Positions 1 to 6,130 of a stretch of 8,411 bases of DNA are shown piece by piece. The notes under the pieces are model-generated. The model worked only from the letters and a program-made list of their open reading frames with translations. It searched no databases and was not told where the DNA came from. Numbering within the stretch: position 1 is the first letter of the stretch; the number at the start of each line of letters is the position of its first letter. The position numbers and the translations under genes are program-made. Location of the stretch: the sequence record NZ_CP082907.1. One strand, 5' to 3'. Origin of the DNA: a plasmid.

Positions 1-151
1 ACGAACTCCCCGTTTAGTCCGACTACCACGCCTGTTCAGGTAACTGTTCACTTGATTCCAACCCTGACAGACACGACAAAGCGCCACTGGCGGTAGCCAC
101 TGGTAACGGTTTACGGAGCGAAGTTTGTATAGCGGACTATACACAGAGTTC

Positions 152-181
152 TTGAAGTGTGAGCCCAACTACAGCTACACT
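152..181 (+). promoter_or_regulatory. RNA I promoter (-35 TTGAAG, -10 TACACT).
   Basis: TTGAAG at 152-157 and TACACT at 176-181, 18 bp apart; the same arrangement as pMB1 (gttcttgaagtgg...ggctacactagaag). Confidence 0.55.
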
Positions 182-187
182 GAAAGG

Positions 188-295
188 ACAGTTTTGGTTA
201 CTGCGCTCCGTTTAAGCCAGTTACCTTCGGAAGGAAGAGTTGGTAGCTCTAAATTCCGGCAAACGAACCACCGTTGGTAGCGGTGGTTTTTTTGT
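188..295 (+). ncRNA. RNAI: Antisense copy-number control RNA I (~108 nt).
   Basis: acagttttggttactgcgctccgtttaagccagttaccttcggaaggaagagttggtagctctaaattccggcaaacgaaccaccgttggtagcggtggttttttt parallels pMB1 RNA I. The terminator hairpin accaccgttggtagcggtgg is followed by T7 at 266-293. Confidence 0.8.
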
Positions 296-307
296 TTACA
301 GGATATG

Positions 308-336
308 AGATTACGCGCAGAGGAAAATTATCTCAA
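308..336 (-). promoter_or_regulatory. RNA II promoter.
   Basis: Minus-strand TTGAGA (336..331), a 17-bp spacer, then TAATCT (313..308). Confidence 0.7.
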
Positions 337-541
337 GAAGATCATTTTGGTAGAACTACCAAATTATTGATTTAGTGTGTAGTGGAGTTTTTGAGGTGCA
401 TCTATGGCTCCCATCTCCGTACACTTTCACACAAGTGCTGGGACTGAAAGAGTTGTCCGTAACGTTAAAAGTACTGCCGGTCATCAGCGTTACCACCCCA
501 TGTCAAAACTGATTTTTTAGATAAAGCCGCAACAAAATACA

Positions 542-569
542 TTTACATATTTAAATGCATAAATATAAT
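542..569 (+). promoter_or_regulatory. Near-consensus sigma70 promoter for the OYE/ArsR operon.
   Basis: TTTACA (542-547), a 16-bp spacer, then TATAAT (564-569). RBS-like aggat at 590-594, ATG at 602. The spacer contains ttaaatgcat. Confidence 0.6.
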
Positions 570-601
570 ATCCCTTTCTCTCATCTTTTAGGATATTCGT
601 T

Positions 602-1720
602 ATGAGTTCGCTTTTTAGTCCGTTAAATCTTGGCGGTTTCAAACTAAGAAACCGTATTGCTCTACCGCCGCTGACTCGCTGCCGCAGCAATCAGCCAGGC
701 AACATTCCTGGTGATCTGATGGTTGAATACTATAGGCAACGTGCCAGTGCGGGTTTTATGATCACTGAAGGTACACAGATTGAGCCTCGAGGTCAGGGAT
801 ATGCCTGGACACCAGGAATCCATAGCGAAGCACAGATCGCAGGTTGGAAAAAAGTGACTGATGCCGTCCATCAGGAAAATGGGACAATTTTTTGCCAACT
901 CTGGCACGTCGGCCGTGTATCACATAATGCCCTTCAACCAGGAATGGCTCCCCCGGTTGCACCTTCGGCAATTACCGCAACCGGGGTAAGAGTATTTATT
1001 GAAACGGGTCCTGGAGAAGGCATTCTGACAGCACCCAGCGAACCACGGGAGCTCTCAACCCAAGAAGTGAAAGATATTGTAGAGCTTTATCGTGTCGCAG
1101 CGGAGAATGCGAAAAAGGCTGGTTTTGACGGTGTAGAACTACATTCAGCCAACGGATATCTGATAAACCAGTTTATTTCTGAACATACTAACTTCCGTAA
1201 AGATGAATATGGTGGCTCACTCGATAACCGACTGCGTTTCCTACGCGAAATAACCGAAGCTGTTAGTTCAGTATTTGGTAGCCATCGAGTTGGAGTACGC
1301 TTTGCCCCCTTATTTTCGAGCACAGATGAAGATAGAGTTTATCTTGGTCTTGTTGAAAAAGACCCTCATGATACTTATATACGTGCAGCAAAAATTCTGA
1401 ACGATCTCGGAGTAGGTTATCTTTCAATCGCCGAAGCTGACTGGGATAATAGCCCAGAGATGCCTGAAAGTTTCCGTGTTGCCCTACGTAAAACGTTCCA
1501 ATCTCCGATTATGTATTCTGGTCTTTATACTCAGGAAAAAGCTGAACGTATTTTAGAAAAAGGCCTGGGTGATTTGTTCGGTTTTGGACGTTCATTTATT
1601 GCTAACCCAGACCTCCCTGAGAGGTTCAAAGCCGGTTATCCATTAAATAGTACTGACAGATCCTCTCTATATGGTGGTACTGAGAAAGGATATACTGATT
1701 ATCCTGTTTATTATCCCTAA
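602..1720 (+). CDS. nemA: Old Yellow Enzyme family NADH:flavin oxidoreductase (N-ethylmaleimide reductase-like alkene reductase), 372 aa.
   Basis: The translation aligns along its full length with E. coli NemA as recalled from memory (LFSPLNLGGFKLRNRIALPPLTRCRS, YYRQRASAGFMITEGTQI, HSANGYLINQF, GFGRSFIANPDLPERF, GYTDYP). Stop TAA at 1718-1720. Confidence 0.9.
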   Translation: MSSLFSPLNLGGFKLRNRIALPPLTRCRSNQPGNIPGDLMVEYYRQRASAGFMITEGTQIEPRGQGYAWTPGIHSEAQIAGWKKVTDAVHQENGTIFCQLWHVGRVSHNALQPGMAPPVAPSAITATGVRVFIETGPGEGILTAPSEPRELSTQEVKDIVELYRVAAENAKKAGFDGVELHSANGYLINQFISEHTNFRKDEYGGSLDNRLRFLREITEAVSSVFGSHRVGVRFAPLFSSTDEDRVYLGLVEKDPHDTYIRAAKILNDLGVGYLSIAEADWDNSPEMPESFRVALRKTFQSPIMYSGLYTQEKAERILEKGLGDLFGFGRSFIANPDLPERFKAGYPLNSTDRSSLYGGTEKGYTDYPVYYP

Positions 1721-1734
1721 TTTTGTGAGGCAGC

Positions 1735-2049
1735 ATGTCACCGGAAAATGCCATTAAGTTACTAGGTAACCCTACTCGGGTTTCTATCCTAAAATGGCTG
1801 AAAAATCCAGAAGAGGAATTTGCTGATTATTCTCAGCTTTTTCCTTTCGAAAAATATGGTGTCTGTGCCAGTCTCATTCAGGACAAGGCGGGTTTATCAC
1901 AACCCGCAACCTCGCTATGCCTAAAAAGTTTGCATGATGCTGGACTACTTGAAGCGATAAAGGTGGGTAAATGGACTTATTACCGCCGCAGCGAATTTCG
2001 CATAAAAAAGATGACAGATGCTGTCATTATATCTCTACAGCAGTTATAA
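1735..2049 (+). CDS. ArsR/SmtB-family winged-helix transcriptional regulator (104 aa), probably co-transcribed with the OYE gene.
   Basis: LGNPTRVSILKWL...GLSQPATSLCLKSLHDAGLL fits the ArsR-family HTH. Only a partial CVC metal motif (GVCAS). RBS gagg at 1727-1730, 14 bp from the nemA stop. The terminator follows. Confidence 0.8.
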   Translation: MSPENAIKLLGNPTRVSILKWLKNPEEEFADYSQLFPFEKYGVCASLIQDKAGLSQPATSLCLKSLHDAGLLEAIKVGKWTYYRRSEFRIKKMTDAVIISLQQL

Positions 2050-2078
2050 AACGGAAAGAAGATGCTACAAATATTCAT

Positions 2079-2097
2079 ATTTACCATAACATCCCTG
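2079..2097 (+). other. Xer-like half site A: XerD-arm-like ATTTACCATAA plus CATCCCTG; no convincing XerC arm.
   Basis: atttaccataacatccctg is identical (18/19) to the XerD arm plus central region of the cer-like site at 4710. Confidence 0.45.
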
Positions 2098-2141
2098 TTG
2101 TGATCTGACCTGTTATGGGTGCACCGCCACACAGAACATCT

Positions 2142-2173
2142 AAAAAAAATCCCGCTATCGCGGGCTTTTTTTT
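2142..2173. terminator. Bidirectional rho-independent terminator.
   Basis: aaaaaaaat-cccgc-tatc-gcggg-cttttttttt: a 5-bp GC stem with an A-run on one side and a T-run on the other. It ends the ArsR-like gene on the plus strand and the 146-aa gene on the minus strand. Confidence 0.8.
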
Positions 2174-2612
2174 AGATGTTTACGGCTTTTTTGCAGTTTT
2201 TAAAGGTAGTTGCATGCATTTTGCCATAGTAATCCTGTCGGTCATCGTCCCATGCCCATGAAATGAGATAAGCATCTGATGAGCCACTAACAGTCCTGAT
2301 TCGACGAGTCAGACCTGACCATACTCCTGTCAGATCAGCAACATCCACTTCGAGTTCAGATGCGAGATCTTCACACCAGAAACCGTTTGAGCTGTCACTG
2401 TTTTCAAGGATAGCCTTCAGTACAGAACGTGATTTACTGCTCAGGCCTCGAACAAGCTTTTCCGCTTGGAGCGATGATAAATCGGTAGGGCCTTCACCGT
2501 TTTCTTCAAAAACATCCTCATCCACGCCCTCAGCAATAAGGGCTAGAACTTCGCTGCGTGCGCCAGCTGAAAGCTTTTGCAAATCGATCAATGACAAAAA
2601 AATTCCACTCAT
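2172..2612 (-). CDS. Acidic hypothetical protein, 146 aa. Start chosen at the second Met, which has the RBS GAGGAG; the ORF could extend to 2651.
   Basis: Minus strand reads aacGAGGAGaagtcagacATGagtggaatt. The ORF is intact, D/E rich (ENGEGPTDL, WAWDDDRQDYYG), and abuts the terminator. No family recognised. Confidence 0.65.
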   Translation of the reverse strand: MSGIFLSLIDLQKLSAGARSEVLALIAEGVDEDVFEENGEGPTDLSSLQAEKLVRGLSSKSRSVLKAILENSDSSNGFWCEDLASELEVDVADLTGVWSGLTRRIRTVSGSSDAYLISWAWDDDRQDYYGKMHATTFKNCKKAVNI

Positions 2613-2781
2613 GTCTGACTTCTCCTCGTTGATTTGAAGAAAGACTAACACAGACTAAGCGTTTGACGATACTTAAATGCATTAAACGATAAGGCAAACA
2701 TCTACTAAGCAAGGCTTATCTCAAATTATGCATTTTTGCTTTGATAATTTCTCTTAAGGTGAACATAAAACCCATCCCTGA

Positions 2782-2809
2782 TTTGAGGTTGATTTACCAT
2801 AACATCTCT
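2782..2809 (+). other. Xer-like site B: XerD arm ATTTACCATAA, central CATCTC, putative XerC arm tgtagcgcatc.
   Basis: The reverse complement reads GATGCGCTACA-GAGATG-TTATGGTAAAT. The XerC arm matches the dif XerC arm GGTGCGCATAA at 7 of 11. Confidence 0.45.
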
Positions 2810-2914
2810 GTAGCGCATCAAACCGAACCCTGACATATCAGAACACGCCGTTCTTTTAAAAGGATTTTTATGGTAATACTGGATAACCATCCATTTTACT
2901 GACCCGAAGCTGTG

Positions 2915-3091
2915 ATGACACCTGACAAACCCGACAGGGAGCTCCCTCTCCTTGCTACAGAAGAATGGCTTACACCGAACCACAGTACGCAGCAGGATAA
3001 AAACAGCGACTGGATTTCATCTCTGGAGAGAGAACTGGAGGAAATCTCACAAAAATGGCCCTTCCCGCGTAGTTTTACATGACGTTGCTTT
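2915..3091 (+). CDS. Possible small ORF (58 aa, MTPDKPDRELPLLATEEWLT...); weak RBS.
   Basis: An open frame with protein-like composition sits in otherwise non-coding spacer. It falls under the ORF-track length cutoff. Speculative. Confidence 0.2.
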
Positions 3092-3284
3092 TTCACATGC
3101 TCGCGTAACCCAGGCTCAGACTGTGGCAGCCGCATAAAAAAGCCCGTATGCATGAGGCTTCCACCACAACTTCGTCAGTTGGCGTCAAAAAAACCCTTCC
3201 TTTGCAGCGTTAAACGTTGCACTACCGGCAGCGCCTATTATAACTACAGTTCATTAACACGCATTAATTTAAAAGGACAGGATA

Positions 3285-3464
3285 ATGTATCAGCTATTTT
3301 TTCGCTGCCCTGAATGCGGGAACCTAAAGTTTATATACACTACCCGGAACGAAAAGCGGGAGACTCCTCACGGTGCTGTATGCAGCCGGTGCGGCACGCG
3401 CCTTACGGTTGCCTCCTGTCTGTTATCCGGAAAGCCCCCTCCTCCAAGCCAGACCCGTGACTGA
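3285..3464 (+). CDS. Small zinc-ribbon protein, 59 aa (C-x2-C ... C-x2-C).
   Basis: aaaaggacaggataATG gives a good RBS. MYQLFFRCPECGNLKF...GAVCSRCGTRLTV has four Cys in a CPxCG-type ribbon pattern. A possible TTGCAC-16-TATAAC promoter lies at 3217-3250. Confidence 0.5.
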   Translation: MYQLFFRCPECGNLKFIYTTRNEKRETPHGAVCSRCGTRLTVASCLLSGKPPPPSQTRD

Positions 3465-3656
3465 CTAACGGCTCGCAGGTTTATACGGGCGTGCTATAAA
3501 AGGTGGTACATCAGCTGTTATGGCTGGAGATCCGGGTTCAACTCCAGTAGCCCGTTCCATTTCCTTCTACGTCACGTCAAAAGCGTTTCCCAGGTACAGG
3601 TCTCACCTCAGGAATAACCAGCTTCATTTAAAATAAAAGTGCTTTTGCGCAGGCCA

Positions 3657-3678
3657 TTAAAAAGCCCGCAATGCGGGC
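3657..3678 (-). terminator. Rho-independent terminator for the yciG-like gene; may also act weakly on the plus strand.
   Basis: gcccgcaatgcgggc hairpin, followed on the minus strand by TTTTT. Confidence 0.6.
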
Positions 3679-3693
3679 TTTCTTCATAGCGGT

Positions 3694-3879
3694 TCAGGAT
3701 ACCGATTTTCTAGAAGGCCCTCTCCGGCTGATTTGGCCTCCTTTTCTCCCTGCTTCCTTTGCACGCTCCGGGTTGTTCTTGAAGTTACCTCCGCTTACGC
3801 GACCGCCTCGCTGTCCAACTTCTGCAGCCCGCTCCGGATTTTCGGCAAAATTGCTGGCACCACCACGACGTACTGACAT
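3694..3879 (-). CDS. yciG: YciG-like KGG-repeat general stress protein, 61 aa.
   Basis: MSVRRGGASNFAENPERAAEVGQRGGRVSGGNFKNNPERAKEAGRKGGQ is collinear with E. coli YciG as recalled from memory (GGSGNFAEDREKASDAGRKGGQHSGGNFKND...). RBS gggggt. Confidence 0.8.
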   Translation of the reverse strand: MSVRRGGASNFAENPERAAEVGQRGGRVSGGNFKNNPERAKEAGRKGGQISRRGPSRKSVS

Positions 3880-3961
3880 AAAACCCCCAGTTTGAGTTAA
3901 GTTCCATCATCCCAAAGCATAGGAGACATTATTCTACCGGTAGGTTTTTAACAGGGACTTG

Positions 3962-3987
3962 TGAAGCTGGCAAAAAAAACGGCGCCG
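3962..3987 (-). terminator. Strong minus-strand rho-independent terminator with no obvious upstream CDS; may end an sRNA.
   Basis: Minus strand reads acggcgc-tacg-gcgccgt followed by T8-9. Confidence 0.65.
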
Positions 3988-4093
3988 TAGCGCCGTGAGA
4001 ATCAGTTTTTAGTGTGCAGAATCCCCGGGTGAGGGCTACATGTTTATCGGCTTTGCACAGTGAACATTTATTAAAATACCTCCTCCCCGGATA

Positions 4094-4120
4094 CAAAAAA
4101 ACCCCGCCATCTTGCGCGGG
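4094..4120 (-). terminator. Minus-strand rho-independent terminator.
   Basis: Minus strand reads ccccgcgcaagatggcgggg followed by T7. Confidence 0.6.
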
Positions 4121-4435
4121 GTGAATAAAGAAGAATCCAAACGTACTCTCGGTAAACGGAACCAGCAGGAACCGTCACCTCTTAAGCCTGGTAAAGAACG
4201 ATCCGTTACTCAAGCGAAGCCAGGCACCCGCAGCCGGCGTTGTCGTACCGGATCCCCCCAGGCATATTTAACATAACAGTACTGTTAAGCATGCGGCTGT
4301 AGGCTAAGCGCTTATCTTAAAGATGCATCTGATAAATACCTTTTGTGCTCCTTCCCTGCCGGAGCGACAGTTTTAACGTATCCTGTAGGCTTCGCCTGCC
4401 GTACGGGTAGAGCTTTCACAGCAAGAAGGTCACGC

Positions 4436-4675
4436 ATGTACAGAAACGAAGACGAAAAGCTGTCTGACATAATAATGGGCGAAGCCGTCCTCGAGCTGCT
4501 AGATGAAATTGCGCCTGTCACAACCAGCTCGCTGCTACTCAAGTTGCAGGCTTTCCTGCTCAGGGAAGAAAACGCAAACAAAGAAAAAGCTATCCGTCAC
4601 GCCATTGACGAGGTGAAAGCGGCAACTGAGCGGTACAGCAGCGCCACCCTGGTAGATGCGGCGATAAGGCACTGA
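4436..4675 (+). CDS. Hypothetical helical protein, 79 aa. Start at the internal Met with RBS gaagg; the ORF could begin at 4343.
   Basis: gcaagaaggtcacgcATG. MYRNEDEKLSDIIMGEAVLELLDEIAPV...; the ORF ends 35 bp before the cer-like core. No family recognised. Confidence 0.45.
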   Translation: MYRNEDEKLSDIIMGEAVLELLDEIAPVTTSSLLLKLQAFLLREENANKEKAIRHAIDEVKAATERYSSATLVDAAIRH

Positions 4676-4709
4676 TGCAGTTTCCTGATCACCTTTGCCA
4701 GCCGCTCGG

Positions 4710-4737
4710 ATTTACCATAACATCCCTTGGGCGCACC
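4710..4737 (-). other. cer: cer/psi-like XerCD site-specific recombination core (plasmid multimer resolution site).
   Basis: The reverse complement reads GGTGCGCCCAA-GGGATG-TTATGGTAAAT, against ColE1 cer GGTGCGTACAA-TTAAGGGA-TTATGGTAAAT as recalled from memory. The XerD arm is identical and the XerC arm matches at 9 of 11. Confidence 0.7.
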
Positions 4738-4940
4738 CCTGCAGAGCCCCTCAGCGCGATTCTGCCGCGTCCGGGCCAGAATCCAGCCCTTTCCCTGCCC
4801 GGAACCGCGAAAATCCGCCCTGATAATTTCTGACCGGCTGCATGGCTATGCACGCAGGTGAATAGCGGGCGGTTTCACGCGTATGTTGTCACTAAGCCCC
4901 GTTTTCCGGCGCTTAACTCCTCTGATAACGGTGAACGGGC
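4738..4940 (-). other. Probable cer accessory sequences (PepA/ArgR side), including an ARG-box-like palindrome at 4838-4854.
   Basis: GC-rich non-coding sequence on the XerC side of the core. cTGCATggctATGCAcg resembles the ARG-box half sites TGAAT/ATTCA, ~110 bp from the core, roughly where the ARG box sits in cer as recalled from memory. Confidence 0.4.
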
Positions 4941-5055
4941 GCGCAGTTTACTGTGCGGCCGTGAGGCGTTGGCCAAGCCGCCAGGCGCGGCAGAAAACAG
5001 ATGGTGCCATTCGCTACCACTTTGCGAATCCTGCCCTCCGTCTGAATCGCAGAAA

Positions 5056-5075
5056 AATTTTGTACGTACGAAATT
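5056..5075. promoter_or_regulatory. 20-bp near-perfect palindrome AATTTTGTACGTACGAAATT (18 of 20), an AT-rich island in GC-rich spacer ~190 bp upstream of the 213-aa gene; candidate operator.
   Basis: Palindrome checked base by base against its reverse complement; two symmetric mismatches. Confidence 0.3.
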
Positions 5076-5264
5076 CAGGGTATTGGGCTGTGCCTGAGCG
5101 GCTGGCTTCTGGTACGCCAGCTCCTTACGCTGGCAGGGGACTGAATGACAAAATCAGATCCGTTTAAAACGATAATCCGGACGCTTTAAAGATAAGTTTT
5201 CGTTTACGAAAAGTGGCTCTGCCTGATATTTTTCAGACTGGTATAACAGACGGTAAGAGAATTA

Positions 5265-5906
5265 ATGGACGCAAAAACACTCGCCGTATCGGTTGCTGAT
5301 GGTATTGCTTCACTTCCGATGGATTTTTACCTGGGTATTGAACGAACCTTTCAGGATCTCAGCCTGTCAGATGGCGGCAGAAACATTCAGCGTCGTAACT
5401 TCGGTGATGATGAGAGGATGTACCGCGCTTTAAATAAGCTCTTCCGTAACAGAGCCATTCTGGGGCAGGTCGCGGAGATGATAATCAAAGACGCTTTATC
5501 ATATCTTCCGGATCCTGCCCTGAAAAAAATCACAGATAAACTCATCGGAGCAGCGACTTCACTGGGTTCAAGACAGTCAATGCAGCTGGCCATTACAGGT
5601 TATCTTGGCTCAAAAGTTGTTGGCGGAATGATGGCCAGCACAATAACGAAGTTATCACTGAGATTATGGACAGGCTCCCTTGTGGGCGGCATCGTTTTAC
5701 AGGGGGTGCTTTCGCGTGCTTCTGCAGCTTCCCGGCGTTTAAGGCATAAAAACCCCGAATTATGGTCAAAGCTTTATATCCTTGATTTTGATATGCTTTA
5801 CTTCCTCTTTGAAGAACCTTTAGCTAATTACATCGAGCTTGGTGAGACTCTTCGTAAAAACCCTTTGAAAACGGAGCAATTTCTGGGTGCAATCGAGAAT
5901 CTTTAG
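5265..5906 (+). CDS. Hypothetical 213-aa protein whose central segment is small-residue-rich, amphipathic and glycine-zipper-like; candidate membrane-active toxin or effector.
   Basis: A TGgTATAAC extended -10 at 5239-5247 and aagaga four nucleotides before the ATG. AITGYLGSKVVGGMMASTITKLSLRLWTGSLVGGIVLQG carries GxxxG-type repeats. Lower GC than the flanks. No family recognised. Confidence 0.6.
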   Translation: MDAKTLAVSVADGIASLPMDFYLGIERTFQDLSLSDGGRNIQRRNFGDDERMYRALNKLFRNRAILGQVAEMIIKDALSYLPDPALKKITDKLIGAATSLGSRQSMQLAITGYLGSKVVGGMMASTITKLSLRLWTGSLVGGIVLQGVLSRASAASRRLRHKNPELWSKLYILDFDMLYFLFEEPLANYIELGETLRKNPLKTEQFLGAIENL

Positions 5907-6096
5907 ACTAATCAGAAAAGTCGTTTCTGAGTTATCCGGGGCGGTGGTTATCAGCGCCGTAGTTATAGGAATTTTCATCGCAATTTTTGCGAATGAAGGG
6001 ATTATGCGCGTTATCGCTCCCGTTCTCGTCTTTATCGCAGGCCTGGTTCTTTACTGGTTAGCCTGGATGATTTCATCAAAAGAAGATCGGAAATAG
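5887..6096 (+). CDS. Small two-TM membrane protein, 69 aa, overlapping the end of the 213-aa gene by 20 nt (GTG start); candidate immunity or partner protein.
   Basis: ggag lies 9 nt before the GTG. Two hydrophobic helices (GAVVISAVVIGIFIAIFA; VIAPVLVFIAGLVLYWLAWMI) with basic termini. Confidence 0.5.
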   Translation: MQSRIFRLIRKVVSELSGAVVISAVVIGIFIAIFANEGIMRVIAPVLVFIAGLVLYWLAWMISSKEDRK

Positions 6097-6130
6097 GCAA
6101 CTCAAAAAAGCATTACTGTGGGCAACATTG

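Larger units (their letters stand above)
1..300 (-). ncRNA. RNAII: ColE1-type replication primer RNA II, 5' portion. The transcript starts near 300 and runs to 1, then continues at 8411 because the window is a linearised circle.
   Basis: Read on the minus strand, 300-360 gives TTGAGA-17bp-TAATCT, then taaacaaaaaaaccaccgctaccaacgg, near-identical to the pMB1 RNA II promoter and 5' end. Positions 1-300 are homologous to the pMB1 ori segment throughout. Confidence 0.75.

Noticed and set aside
205-225. ACTGGCTTAA (minus strand) inside RNA I, which matches the core of the pMB1 bom nick site ACTGGCTTAA.
   Set aside because: pMB1 RNA I itself contains the related ctggcttcag at the same position, so this is most likely ancestral RNA I sequence, not an oriT. 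The surrounding bom context is absent.
662-1323. Minus-strand ORFs 662-907, 762-971 and 1087-1323 inside the OYE gene.
   Set aside because: They are antisense to a confidently identified, full-length conserved CDS. They have no RBS and junk-like composition.
2726-3153. Minus-strand ORFs 2726-2983 and 2896-3153 and plus-strand ORF 2952-3137.
   Set aside because: They overlap one another with no RBS and give low-complexity translations. They lie in spacer between Xer-like site B and the zinc-ribbon gene.
3671-3895. Plus-strand ORF antisense to the yciG-like gene.
   Set aside because: It is a mirror-frame artefact of the conserved KGG-repeat gene.
4312-4581. Minus-strand 89-aa Ser-rich ORF overlapping the 79-aa plus-strand gene.
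   Set aside because: Low-complexity product with no RBS. The plus-strand frame has an RBS and helical composition.
4858-5167. Plus-strand ORFs 4858-5097 and 4883-5167.
   Set aside because: They sit in the GC-rich putative cer accessory region. The translations are Arg/Pro-rich junk with no RBS.
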